From contig CM041465.1 in assembly GCA_023213395.1 (NCBI GenBank), positions 181,791,741 through 181,855,740 on the forward strand: a stretch of 64,000 nucleotides of DNA, read 5' to 3'. Positions 43,501 through 57,743 of this stretch are shown here, in pieces. Positions within the stretch are counted from its first letter, which is position 1. Every line of letters starts with the position of its first letter. Below the pieces are notes generated by a model. That model ran no database searches and was not told where the DNA came from. It saw only the letters and a list, made by a program, of their open reading frames with translations. The DNA comes from Cycas panzhihuaensis (Eukaryota; Plantae; Cycadophyta). Both the position numbers and the translations under genes were made by a program.

Positions 43501-44469
43501 ACTCTTTCCCTTAAGCTTAACACTTAAGGGAACTCTAAAATGAATGTAAACTCCATGCTTTCCCTTTTGCCATACACGTTATATGGGGGCACTCTCACTT
43601 TCATTTTTACCCTTTGAGCCTTTAAGAGAAAGGCTCCAAGTGATAAGTAGTAGCTTGCATTATACCTTGAGAATGGGAAAATTACTTTCAAAAGCTAATG
43701 AAAGGTCAAGTCAATGATTCCTTTAATGTTTTCATGGTTAAAGGACCATGGTCACTATTTTTTCCTAGAACTTGTCCTCATTAAAATAGTCTTATAACTC
43801 TTTAGGCAAGAGATATGATCCCTTAGAAAAACATCATTCGATGATTAAGTATACATGATGCTGATAAACTTCTATATGATATTTCCTAGATATGGCAAAT
43901 GGAACTCTACCATTCTCTTGTAAGGGAGAATGGTAAGGTCTAAGGGTCTTTCATTGAGTTTTATACTACTTTCTGCAATAGATCACTTTTCTCATCATCT
44001 ATGGTAGTTATATTCATTCAGGAGGAATGGATCTTATGGTTTCTCCTAGTAATTCTCTTTACCCCTCAATGCATTACTTTCACTTCTTATTACTCCTTGT
44101 ATCCTCCCAAAGCTACACTACTTGTTTGAGAATCTTGTATTCATCACCTACATCACCTTAATCCTTAGTTAATCATTCATAATAGAGGGGATATAAGGGG
44201 AGTAGATTTAGAGACAACCATATACATATTCCAAATCATGTATAGAATATGTATATGTATATTAAATAATTGTAAGAAGTATATATACAACGATTTAGTG
44301 TGGTCCTAAAACTTCCATAAGTGATCATAATGATCTATAGAGCTATCCTAGTCACTCCTTGTACTTATGGAGTGGATATACATATTTCCCCACTTCATCC
44401 CCCTCCCTCTTTATGACTCATAATGTGCACTATCATGAGTACTTTATGATGCACTAACCTTATCACCTC

Positions 44470-45897
44470 TCACATCTCCATGGCCTCTATAGTTGCATGT
44501 CCATGTCTTTGACCCTTTGATGTAAACAACCAACCATTTGATCCTAATAACATCCTTTTCATCAATGATTTATCCTTCTCTAAAAGAAAGATCATGTTAT
44601 ATTGGTCAAACACTTGTGCCTTCAACTTTCTCATTCTAGCATCTAGGGCTTGATACATCTCTCACACCTTGTATGTGGATGCTAGATGAGCCCTCTCCTC
44701 TACATACCTCCTTGTGTCCCTTGTGTCTCATACCAACAACTAGCTAGGGCCATGGATAAATGAGAGTATGACATTAAGGCTCTCTTGTATAGATGCTTGA
44801 CCAACATTATCTCCTTTTATACACACCCAATACATATTAGTCACATATTAATTTATAATAGTTAAATTAAACAATGAGAAAATCAATTAGTGGTTGAAGA
44901 GTCTAAAGTGTACTTACTTGTATGTGATCTCCTCCATGTGTGCCATTATTATCTCCTTCTCTTAACTCTAATGGCTCAACCTATGAAGGCACCGCATCAT
45001 CATGAATCTCTACCTTGCCTCCTTATTATGAGCCCTTTACTAGTTCACCCTATCCTTCATCCTACTGATCTTTGTCATCTCCCTCACCATATGATGTCCA
45101 TAATATTCTAGCATCTAGATCTATCATTATATCCATGTTGATTCTCTCACTACCCTCACCTTACTCTCTTTAAGATCTCTCCTCCATGACTTCATGCTCC
45201 ATTGGTTTATAACTAACTCATCTACTTTTAATGTCCCTCATCAATCTATGGGGTTATACATTGTTGAAATGATCAAATATCCATGACAACAAGATAGAAT
45301 AATAAGAGAAATTATGCCTTCCTTACTATCTAATACCCATCATCTAATCATACATGTATCAAACTACCAATAAGGACTAATCATACATAGTCCCTTACTC
45401 ACACCATTAGATGATCATGATCCATCCAATTGAAATTCCCACATAGTTCTTCCTATTAATTATCCAAAAGAGTATAAATATAACTATTATTCGTCACCCT
45501 AAAGGAAACCTATTCACCCTATACACTATCTATATATCCACCTCATTGTAGGCCTAATGATCTAACAAGCCAATCTAATAGGTTCTTGCTTATCTATATG
45601 ATTCATTAACTAGAATATGATCTTCTCTCACCTCCTTACTTTGCATAAGATCCCTAGAATCCTCCTCATGCTAGCTAGTATAATTTGTAGGTATCTAAGC
45701 CTTCTAAATCTAAAAACATTAGTGCCTAATATCTAATGCTTAATTAAGTTAGGTAAAAGTCTTATATCCATTGCCAGGTGGATAGTATAACATGCTCACA
45801 ACATCCCACATCACTACAACATTGACCTATCTCTATATATAAGCCCATCTCTAATATCCCCAAGAATTCATCCACTATTATCTTAAGAGGAGACATG
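44470..45897 (-). pseudogene. Antisense extra ORF of Tat element B, possibly plant-mobile-domain-like
   Basis: Minus strand ~45270-45450 reads YVGISIGWIMII*WCE*GTMYD*SLLVV*YMYD*MMGIR**GRHNFSYYSILLSWIFDHF, followed by acidic and coiled-coil-like stretches. A TATA-like run lies upstream at ~45938. Confidence 0.45.
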
Positions 45898-46216
45898 GGT
45901 CAGTCTCTATAAGGAGAAAAAAAAAAAAACACTTGTATATATAGCCATAGAAGTCTTTCTCATCAAGAAATTTCACATAAATAATTCATTATTTTTATTG
46001 TTATATGTGATAATAATTTTGTAATACCATAAAAATATAATTTATCTTATAAAATATAAAGTCATCCCATAAAATAGTTTGTACTACCAAAAAACTATTT
46101 TATGGTACAATAAAATGATTTTACAATATCTCAAAATTTTTATAGTATTGGTTATAATTTTGTTGTATTGTGCTATGAAAGTTAAAAAAAAAACCTTAAA
46201 AATTTAAATTTCTCAT

Positions 46217-49200
46217 TGTTGTAATAATACTTGTATTAGGAAAATAACCCATATCTTGGGTAAATATTTTATAGTAGTGCATTGTTAGGTGTTTGTTAAT
46301 GCCATGCAATGATGGACCTTGAGAGGTTTGTTAAATCCTCTTGGCCTTGCTTATAATTACAAGGGATCCAAAGATCTTAGTGTTCATTAATACCACCATC
46401 CTTATAGATTTCATTTGATCTTTTCTTGTTTGTTACATTACATGCTTTAGCTCTTACCCTCTAATTCCATCATTTAGTATCATAGTTGCACTAGGCAATA
46501 GCCATATCTTGCATTTGTTAGTTTGTCATTGATTATAGAACTTACTTCATGTATGTCTATTTACATAAGCATCTATGTACATGTATGCTTGCCTAATATA
46601 AAGCATAATCTCATATACTATATTTGCTTGCAACAATTACATCTAATTTTATAGGTCCATGCCATTTTTTATTGTGTTAATATCAAATCCATTTGTAGTA
46701 AAATATCTATTACATACCAAAGTTCAGGTCCTTCATATTTGTCTAGTTTTATACTTTTTAAAGATTTAGAGTATTGTGTAAGCACCTATGTTTTCATGCT
46801 CTACATTTTAAGCATCTAATTGTTTATCTTTACATGTTCTTCATGCTCAAGGATATGTATATTGGAAGAATTTAGTGACTACATATTTCTTATTTATGCC
46901 TATAGTAAAGGCATTGCATTGTGTTTGTAATGGGGGAATTATTATTTTTTCTATAGACCATATTTGGTTCCATTTGCATCTTTATTTCTATGCCTCTTGC
47001 ATGTGTATACATATACTCATATTAGTTTACATTGTGGAGCATACTAGTCTAATATGTTCAATACAATCTACATCCATACTATGCCCTCATGTTTACATCT
47101 TGTCCATGCCTTACAATTCTATTTATGCCTTATGACTATATGTGTCTACTTTATTTCAAAGAGTCTCATAGACTACGTATTTATGTATTTGCATTTTGAG
47201 AGAGAGTCTAAATTATCTTTGTATCTTTATAACATATTCACTGGTATCTATTTTATCTAGGCCTACTTATTGAGTCCTTTGTAAGCTAGCTCTATTTAGT
47301 AATTTATGTTTAGTTGCATCACATTTGTAAGATTGTTTAGTGAGTTACATCACATGGTCATCTACACATATCATATATTCATAAGGTAGCATCTATGCTT
47401 TATAATTGCTTGAGCCTATAATTGATTTTGTCATATTTGTAAGACTATTTAGAAAATTATATTCCCCAATCACCTCTAGCCCAAGCGTGCATCATGTATT
47501 CATAAGGGTAACTTTCAATCTACACATCATCTTCTTATTGTATATATTAGAACAACCGTTAATCTAAGTAATATCTAATTTATAACTCAACATATCCATT
47601 TACAACTTGCCTGCATAAACATCCTAGTCAAAGTTAGCTTAAAGGAGGCAGTCTTAGGCTTGTGCCATACTAGACACTAGGAAATCTCATCCTCATATTT
47701 TTTCTAAACATTCCTTTCTTTAGTGGATGCTCCACTTATAGAATTTAACTCACGGTAAAGTGACATATTCTAGAGTTGTTAGTTGGTGATTCTAATATAT
47801 AATCTACAACTAGCCATCTATGCTTCATGTATTTACATCCAATACACAAGTGCACAAACTAATAATTGAACAGAGAAGAGTTTGAGTAAATTATTTATGT
47901 GCTTTAGTTTTTTTCTTTTAATTTAATTATATTTCATATTTCTATAAAGCTTATTACCTATAGCCCCCTCTGTATATAGCATGTAGGTGACATTCAAAAT
48001 CCATATGACCATAAGTTCACTTTAAAAAATAGGTTTAACCACATTTTCCAAGGAACTTATTTTAGTTTGAGTACTTGTTTCTACCTCAACAAGTATATCT
48101 ACCACTTGTGGAGCCCATTTTTAAATATGTTAGCTCCATAGTTTTCTCTATTTCCATCCAAATAAAAAGAGTAGTCACACACCTATATTGGATTTACAAT
48201 TAACATGCTATTCAATGACAAAAAGTTGATTAAAATTTTCTTTGCACTTTTGCACTAAAGTACTTTTTATTAAATTTGACCTTCTCGCACTATTTTAAGT
48301 ATAATTTTTCCATAAAATATTAGAATCAAGTGTTGTTTGAAATGTTGGACTCATATTTTAATCCTCTAACGAGTGAATGATTTTTTGGATATTTTTAAAG
48401 ACAATTTATATACTATTTTTATGCTCAAAGTTGATGCTAGTTTATTGGCTTCCTACGAGATGACCCTTGAATAAACTTAGAAAAAAATTATTTTATAATT
48501 ATAATTTACTATAAAATTTCATTTTGGAGGAGTTTGAGTCCCATTTGGGACATTGATGTATGTTTTGAAGTTAAAGGGAGCTAATTTGTCTTATATTTTA
48601 AATACTTTGCATTGCCTTATTTAAGTACATTTTTAGTCCTTTTTAAAGCACTTTATCTTTTTGAAGTTATTTTATTTTAAGATAATTTATTTATCATGGC
48701 CTCTAGCATAAGTAATGTAATGGTACCTAAATTTGATAGTACTAATTTCTTAAATTAGAGTCATAGAATAAAGCCCATTTTTATGTTAAAAAATATGTGG
48801 GACTTGATTAGTATTGGAAATAGGGCACTTGATCTTAATACCACTAAAGATTAAAAGAAGATCTTCAAAGAGATTAAAAAAAGGGATAATGAAGCCTTAG
48901 CATTCATCTTTTATATATTAAGGATCACATATTTCTAAGAGTTAGTGATGTGACTATAATAGAGGAGGCATGGAATACGTTGAAAACCACCTATGAAGGA
49001 GTTATTACATCAAAATTTTAGACACTAAGCAGCAAAATTAAGAATTATAGGATGAACATGAATGAGGAGAGAAATAACTTCATAACTAAGGTACAAGATT
49101 TATTCAATTAAATGAGGGTCTTAGATAAAGCCATTAGTGAATAGAGGGTGGTAGCAAAGATCCTAAGATATGCTAGTGATATCAAAAGGTTTGAAATAGT

Positions 49201-52200
49201 AGCAATAAACATTGAGGTCTCCAAAGACCTAATTATACTCAAGATTAATAAACTTAATATAATATTAATTGTAATTAAAGAGAAGAATATGTATTTATGA
49301 CTAAGGAAAATATCAAGATATCCTTTAAAGGTCAAAGGTATAGGGGAAGAGTTTAATGTCCTATAGGAAGGGGATAAAACTTTAGAAATCAAGGATAATA
49401 TTGTCAAGGTCAAGGCCAATTCTATTAAGGACAAAGATAATACTATCAAGGCTAATTTAACCAAGGATATCGATAAGGTTTTAGCCCTCAAAGAAGAAGT
49501 AGATAACAAAGTCTAAGGAGAAGAAATAAATGACAAAGAGACATTAGGAGTCCTAGAGGTAGATGAACAATGTAATGTTCTTATTATCATTGAAGTGGAT
49601 ACTTAAAAATTAATTGTTTCAGAAAAAAGTCCAACATGCAAAGAGAAGTAGCTAATATAATAGTTGAAGAATCAAGGGAGAATGAGAGACTCTTATTATT
49701 AAGTCTAATAGCCAATGAAGAGGAGGATGGTTGGTATATTAACTCAAGGTTCTCTACTTATATCACACATAAGAAAGAATGGTTTAAAGAGTTTGATAAT
49801 ACTAAAAGAAGAAAAAATATATTTGGGGATAATAACACTTAAGCTATAATAAGTAAAGAAAATATAGTCATCCAAACAAATTTTGGAGAAACTAGATACA
49901 TTAATGATGTATTCGATATCCCTACACTTAATAAAAAGTTATTATTAGTAGGATAAATGATGGAGTAAAAGTACAAAGTTATCTTTGATAATGGTGAGTA
50001 TACCATTAAAGTCAAGTTGGAGAATAAGATAATAGTTACTAAGGGTTAAATGACTAGTGATAGATTATTTAAGCTAGTCATACCTCTAACTAACTATTAG
50101 CCTTGAAGGTATTAGTTAATATAGATAGTGAGACTTGGTATAAAAGACTAAGCCATGCAAACTACAATAGCTTAATATTGATGAAAAACATAGAAATGGT
50201 AATTAATCTACCTAATATTAAACATGGTAAAGAAGTATGTGAAGGTTCTATACTAGGCAAACAACAAAGGGAAGGTTTTCCTAATAAAAGTTATAGGGTA
50301 AATGGGCCTCTTCAACTAGTATACATAGATCTATATATATTAATAGATGGAGCTTTATTTAGAGGAGCTAAGTATTTGATAACTTTTATTGATGATTTTA
50401 TAAGAATGACTTAGGTTTATTTTTTCAAGTCCAAGATATATGCACTTCAATATTTTATTAATTTTAAAGTCATAATTGAAAGGTATAGTGAGCATAAAAT
50501 ATTAACCCTTAGATTATATTACAGGGGAGAATTTATTTTAAATGAATTCAAGGACTATTCAAATACTTTGGGATAAGAAAAAGGCTTACTAATACCTACA
50601 CTCCTTAAAAGATGGGGTAGCATAAAGAAAAAATAAGACCATTGTTGAAATGGCTAGGAGCATGCTAAAGGATAAGAATCTTTATAATAAGTATTGGGAA
50701 AAAGCTATATATACAATTATTTATTTATTAAATAAATATATAATTAAGGTAGTGAGATGGGTTACACCTAAGGAAGCTTAGATAAGTCACAAACCAAGCA
50801 TTGAACACTTAAGAGTTTTTAGGTGCATAACATATGTACGTATTCTAGAATAAAGAAGGACAAAGTTGAATGATAAAAGTACTAAGTTCATATTTATAAG
50901 ATATTATAACACATCAAGATCCTATAAATTATATGACCCTAAGGGTAAAAGAATCATCATAAGTAGAGATATCATCTTTAATGAAGGTAAATTCTATCAA
51001 GAGAAAGTTATTGAAAAAGACAAGGGTAAAAGCATTATGATTGAAGTAGATTCTAACTCAAGTGATATAAATGTACCTAGTATAAGTGAAGGAGGACTAA
51101 CTACTTTATGTCAAAGGTTTCTACAATGGGTACAAAGGGGTCATCACCCTCAAAATATTTTAGATACAAACTTTAAGAGAAGAACAACAAGATCTTAAAG
51201 GGTAAATTTTATACTAATAACTCAAGTCATGGAATCAAACGAGGCTTATAACTTTAAAGAGACAAATAGCTAAGTTGAATAAAAAGATACAATGAATAAA
51301 GAATATAATACCTTAGTGAAGAATTATACTTGGAAGTTAGTTGGTTTTCCATATAGAAAGAATGTCATTAGGAAAAAATATGTCTATAAGACCGAGTATA
51401 AGTCAAATAGTTTTATTAAAAAATATAAGGTATAATTAGTTACAAAGGGCTATACTCAAATTGAAGATATAAACTATAATGAAATATTTATACTTATTGT
51501 AAAGTTAGAAATAGTTTGATTAATCATGGCCTTAACTACATAACAAAGTTGGGCAATTCATCAAATGGATATGAAGAGTGCTTTCCTAAATAGATATGTT
51601 GATGAGAAAATATATGTCCAACAACTAAAGGGTTTTGAAATAAAGAGAAAGAAAGACAAGGTCCATAAACTCAGAAAGGTCTTTTATAGACTCAAATAAG
51701 TACCTAGAGTATGGTACTTTAGGATTAATAAATACTTTAAGAATAAATAATTCATAAGGAGCCAATTAGGCCCTAATTTATATGTAAGATTAGAAGAAAT
51801 TTTAATATTGATTGTGGGCTGATATATGGATGACCTAGTATATACTAGAAATTGTAATTACTTATTTTAAAAGTTTAAGGAAGATATGTGCAAAGAGTTT
51901 GAAATGATAGACTTAGAAATTATGCATTATTTCTTAGGCATTAAAGTATAATAGGATGAAAAGTGGATATTTATGTCACAAAGGAAATACATATCGAATA
52001 TGTTGTATAAATTTAACATGAATAGTTACAAGCCACTTGCAATATCAAAAAAAAGTTTAGATTGAAATTATCTAAGTTTAAGAAGTTTAAATTAATTGAT
52101 CCTACACTTTATATGCAATTGATTAGGAGCCTTATTTACTTGACTTCAATGTAGCTAAATATTATATATGTAGTCAGTGTGGTTTCTAGGTTTATGTATG

Positions 52201-53032
52201 AGCCTAAGATAAAAGATTAGAAGATAACCCAAAGGATTCTTAAGTATCTCAAAGGTACTATTGGGTATGGTTTTTATTACAAGTCATTAGGGGATTATAA
52301 GTTAATTGGTTATACAGACTTCGACTGGGTAGGTTACATAGATGATATGAAGTCTACTTCAGGTTATGAATTCACTTTAGGTTCAATAATAGTAGCATGG
52401 AATTTAAAGAAGTAGGTATTGGTATCTCTCTCTACTATAGAAGCATAACACAAAGTAGTTGTAGTAGGATCTTGTGAAATAGTTTATTTTAGAAGATTAC
52501 TTTAACATTTATAAGAAGAGTAGCTTGGTTCCATATAGTTGTTTCATGATAATTAGTGTATAATCTAGATGACTAGCAATCTAGTATTTCATGGTAGGAT
52601 AAAGCATATTAAAACACAACATCACTTAATTAGAGAGCTAGTGCAACAAGTTAAATAAGAGTTGGGGCATAGAGGATTAGGTGATAGACATCTTCACAAA
52701 GGTACTTAACAAAATATAGTTTATCAAATTTAGAGATAAGCTTGGAGCCTCTCTAAATAGGCATTATGGGGGAGGAATATTGGAATAATACCCATATTGA
52801 GGAAATAACTCATATCTTAGGTAAATATTTTATGGCAGGACATTATCAAGCATTTATCAATACTAGGGGCTAATTGACCTTGAGAGGTCTATGAAATCCT
52901 CTTGGTCTAGCCTATACTTATATGTAGTCTGAAGACTTTGGTATTCATCAACACCATCATTCTTATAGATTTCATTTGTTCTCTTCTTGCCTGTTGCATT
53001 ACATGATTTAGCTCTTACCCTCTAATTCCATC
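46217..53032 (+). mobile_element. Ty1/copia element I
   Basis: Diverged LTRs at 46217-46472 and 52778-53032, degenerate PBS tagtatcatag at ~46475, PPT gggggaggaa at ~52768-52777. TSD poorly preserved. Confidence 0.87.
48696..52760 (+). pseudogene. copia gag-pol of element I
   Basis: MASSISNVMVPKFDSTNF (gag), WYINSRFSTYI (PR), WYKRLSHANY..LQLVYIDL..TFIDDF (IN), HQMDMKSAFL and YMDDLVY (RT), GYTDFDWVG..KSTSGY (RH). Confidence 0.92.
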
Positions 53033-53985
53033 ACTAAAAATTGAAGCTAAGAGTAATTTTTCCTTTATTTAATTAAATTTAATGAGTTAAAATACCTAAA
53101 ACATAATTCTGTCATGTTAAAGAAAAAAAAATCAAGCATTAAAATTTACCAAATGAAATGGTTATAGGTCCATCATCATGCCAACTCTTCAGTACAACTT
53201 ATGGCTTGCAAAACGACTACCTGGTTCTTTTGTAGTAATAGATTCTTTATCATAGGATGTTTCTCATTGCAAATATGGTTTGGTAAAAATGAATATGTTT
53301 ACCCCTTGTTTCTTAGCTCTTGGGAATGGGTTTTTGGGAAGTCGACTCAGGTAAGTACAGGTATGCTTCTAGCCTTTGCCTTGTTACTTCTATAGAAAGC
53401 TAAATCGAAGCGTCCTTTTATTACATGGCTGATTGATACATTTGAGTGACTATCTTGTATCTGTTGCTTGATCATGCTGCTTAATACTCTTTCAGCCTAT
53501 GATGATCTATGGGACATGCAACCCCATAGCACTCTATTACCCTCCTATACACCTCTATGTTGTCTTAAGAATCACCCAGCCTATGTGATCCATCACACCT
53601 CCTTACCATATCGTAGCCCTTAGAACCCTGCTAAGTATGATTGGTACATCCTCATTCTTACCAGTTTTCTAGGAACCTTACTACTCTGGTACCCCATCTA
53701 GTTTAGGTCATCCTCTTTATATGACTATCACCATCCACCTAAACAGAGGGCTGACCCTTCCTAGGCCTGGGGTACCCTCCTTTAGGGCTCCTAGGTATCT
53801 ATTTTTATCATATTTTTAACTTTGTCACTACACTGTAGTAAATGTCATGGTACTGTAGTAAACTTCACAGTACCGTAAAATTTGTTATGGGGTGATTATT
53901 ATAAATTTTTTTTAAAAATATGTCATGACAATTTTTATTTTTTTCACGAAATTACCATGTGGCTTAGTTACCCCTTGAGTCCTAC

Positions 53986-54026
53986 CCTAACCCTAATCAT
54001 CTATTCAAGCTAGGGTTAGGTATAAA
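53986..54026 (+). promoter_or_regulatory. LTR promoter: inverted telo-box-like repeat abutting a TATA box
   Basis: cctaacccta (53986-53995) ... tagggttagg (54011-54020), then tataaa (54021-54026), followed by a CT-rich leader. Confidence 0.5.
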
Positions 54027-55086
54027 GCCCAAAAGAACTTCATTTTCCACCTCTTCTTCCACCTACTCTCCTCTCTTCTCCTTCTTTCACATGCAGTTTT
54101 CTGCACGAACGCCCTGCAACACCTGAGTTCCCTATGCTCCAGCCTGAGATCCACCCTCTTCAGCTTGGATCCATGGTAGTAGGCTTGCTAACAAGCTTCT
54201 CCAAGCAAGGATATACTCCAAGTGTCGCCTCCATGCCCATTCAACGAGTTTTACTAAGTTTGTCTTCAACTTCCATTGCTCTTCCAAGAATCTACCTGTA
54301 AAGACCATAGATCTATCATTTTCTACTAGTTTCTTAGGTAGACCTATCTCTAATCCAGCCCAATACCCCATCTTGTTCCTTTTAAACTTTCTTAAAAGAG
54401 ATTAGATCATTTGGAATATCTTTCTTTTTTTAGTTTTCCAGTATATACAAGAGGCAGTCCCTCCATTCCTTTCTTTTTGTCCATATCATCTTCCTGACCT
54501 CTCCTGGTTTCTCCAAGGAGGCTGTGGGGAGAGGACCTCAAAGAGTGAGAAAAAGGAGCCAAGGTAAGTTCTGTACCCAACTAGGCATGCTCCTCAAGGG
54601 CAACCCCCATCTCCTCTTTCCTCTCCTCCACTTGTGCATTTCTTGAGCCACTAAGGAGCTTCCGGAAGTAGGCCAACACTGGATATCAATGTATATAGCC
54701 CCTTGCTACACTGTTTCTAGGCCTGGGCACCTCACTTGGGTAGATTTTCTAGCCCTGAGTAGTGTCTCATATCCACCTTAGGTCTTGGTTTGATTAACAT
54801 CACAGTTTGCTGCACATAGCAACACTTGCAACATAAATGATATTTGTAAACCTCATGCTGTTTGTCTCTCTTATTATTTGCTGCTATTAGGCTTTCCAAA
54901 CCTACTATTTCCTATGCTTAGAGGTAGAGTGGAGGTGCACTTGTTGGAGGGTTAGCCATTCTAAGGCTAACTGATCGCACCCCTTATCTTGTGTTGTTGG
55001 CTTTGAGGAGATTTGGAGTTGTTCTTTGGATGGAAGTTTGCTTGACTTGAAGTGCTTTAACTTACAATATTCTTAGCATTTTACAG

Positions 55087-55119
<33 letters not shown>

Positions 55120-57743
55120 TGCTTAGAACTCTAGTAGCCCCTTGGAAAAGGGGTAGAAAACCTTTGTGATTGCAGGTTTATCATGTCATTCATGGAGAAG
55201 GATAAACTGCTATAATCTGGGTATGTTTCTTTGCTTCCCTTTTCCTTGATCATTTCGTCTTTTAGCATAGATCCTTTTCCTTTTCCTTTCTTGCTTTCTT
55301 TCTTTTTCTTTAGGGGAAGGTAAGGAAGCCCCTAAGCTACCTGTGTGTTGAGAGAGGGAAAAGAAGAAGTGGGTGTGGCACAAGATGGTGACTTCGCTTC
55401 AACCACATCATTTTCTAGGTATGCTGCCTTCCTTTTGTAGATCTTTTCTCTACTTATCTTTTAAGTTTGCATGTTTGCATGATAAGAACATAAAAGGAAA
55501 CCAATTTGCATCATTCATTTGAATATGAACACTAGCTTGCCTTTTATGAAAGAGCACAAGATAGGTGATATTCCCTTTTCTCTTTCCGTTTGATTGCATA
55601 CAACCTCCTAGGATTTGCATCATTGCCACATATTTTGTGTGTTAGATTAGTTTTCCTCTCTCTTCCCCTTTCCCTTTGTTTAAAGTGGAAAGAGAGCAAG
55701 AGTTTATATTAGAGAGAAAATGAGAGAAAGTATATTTGTTATCTTTTATATATATACTTCTTTTATCTCTTGTTTGCATATGTAGCTGATTAAACACCAT
55801 TTCACTATTGCACATAGAAGGTAGATTCCTTCACACATAGGGCAGTGGGAACTACTTCTTCTATCATTCTTTGCTCCCATAATGCTCACTTTAGGTGGGT
55901 TAGTTCAAGGAGGATGCAACCTTTAAGAACTCCTCCTTTAACCCCATCATACGTATATCAACTTAATAACCCTAACACTCTTTGCTGTAGGTTGGTTTTA
56001 TGCATGAGGTGATTGCCTAACACCACCCTTACGAACGAGTGTCTCCCACTACTCGTCTACATACATCCTATCCATATTCCTTCATCTTCCATGAGGATTT
56101 GCTTCCTCGTTAGGTCCTGCCCTTCCCTTCTATCCATCTAAGGGTGGGAAGACTCGCATTTTGAGGTTACTCGGGCAACCAAGGATATCCCTTGCTTGTA
56201 CTACTCTAAAATCAAAACTAAGTTACCTAGAGGAAGTTGTGGGTCATTCATGAGTCCTGAACCTGCATTCTGACGTAGGGATGCCATGTGTAGGTGTTTC
56301 TCTTCACTTGTTAGATCGACCCCTTTACTCAGAAGCCTTCCGTTGATAGTCCTAATCCTAACTAGGTGTAGTTACCATCCCATAAATGCAATTCCACTGG
56401 TGACCATACTAGGGACCCACCAGTAAGGAAATTAGTCTTTCTTCCTTTCCTGTTAGTTCTACTATCTCTTGGTAGCTTTCCTTGTTAATCTTGTTTGGCA
56501 TCCCTCAATGCGTGCACTACTTTGTTTCTCTTTTCTTCCATCAAATAGGTAAGACTTGCATGCGATGATTCTCACATCACTTATGAGGCCTACCTTCATT
56601 GTTGGAAGAGCCCTTATATCATTCCCTTCCCACATCAGATCTTGATTTGATCATGGAGGAATCTCTTTTAGATTAGGTATACCACGCTTATGTGTTTGAT
56701 TCCCTTGAGCCACCAACTTCCTTCCAAGTGTCCACCCAAGGAAGCAAAGATCCCATCTATTATCTGGGTGACCAACAATACCTATAGTCTCACCATTCCT
56801 CTACTCACGGAGTAGAGCCTTCATCTCCTTTAGAGTTTCACCACCACCATGGTGATTCTCATGAGGATTATCCTATAGGATCTACTTCATATGAGGCTCC
56901 TTCTACCTCTTATGATCAGGTAGATACCACACCCATCGATGTAGTAGAAGCCTTAAGCTAATGTTTCTAAGCTGCCCATCTCCAACCACACCCCATCTGC
57001 CCTTCTATATTTCCTTCATCTCACTCATCTCATTCAACTCCCTTACCCATGATGAGCCTACATCTCATCTCATTCTCCTCTCCCCATGATGTATGTTCCT
57101 TAGGGATCACTTAGGGCATGTCTTCTTCTTAACTTGGGTTGAGCATGCCCCTATCTAGTCAAATGACTAGTCCTCCTCCCACTATTATTTACCCGCCACC
57201 TACTAGACCCAGGGGACCCACATGTCTTTCTACTTCTAATCATATGGGGTCCGTCCCCACACACTCCCAATACTAACCTTGGGACCCTTCTCTCTACGTA
57301 CATCCTGGTTACACTACTCAATTGTGGGGCCACGGTAAGGGGAACTCCCTACCTACTTATGGGGTGGATCCTTTGCATCTTTATTAGGTCACGCCACCCA
57401 TGGGTGGCCCATATGGGCAAAATATGATCCCTCACCCCTCCTTTCTGCCATCATGTATGGCACTGTACATCGCACCTTTGCAAGGAGGGCCAACTCCTTC
57501 CCAAGGCATTTTCCCTCAAGCTCCTTTTCAACAAGGAGTGTTCTCTCTAGGAGGGATGGGTCCATCACACCCATCCGCTCCTATGAAAGTTTCTTCGAAT
57601 ATGGGATTCATATCTTCTCATCAAGCAGTGGGAGGATAATATCCCCTTTGAACCAAACCCTCTAAGGAGGATTTGGGAAAACTTGCCAACCATCATTTCT
57701 ATCTTCCGTTGACCCTATGGTCTAGTCAAGGGCATGTCCCTTT

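Larger units (their letters stand above)
36540..46210 (+). mobile_element. Decayed Tat-like element B: LTR (split by K), gag-PR, RT/RH/IN core missing, IN C-terminus, antisense ORF remnant
   Basis: LTR end ~40852 is homologous to 4489-4804. Fragments: gag ILRIFLKFLMGDT*KWFYKL (~41030), PR IKRCIIDEDTIINII..YNMLLDRP (~42350-42570) and IN end FMLK*VTPLLII..YYISMIDG..LLYYA* (~43300-43432). Outer boundaries are approximate. Confidence 0.6.

Noticed and set aside
49108-49509. Hydrophobic minus-strand ORF (similarly 9799-10197, 24285-24563, 58462-58644, 63720-63929)
   Set aside because: Antisense shadows of recognisable retrotransposon coding regions.
53165-53295. Possible host exon or hAT transposase fragment (minus strand ..TKEPGSRFASH..)
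   Set aside because: Too short and interrupted by stops; the similarity is not supportable by eye.
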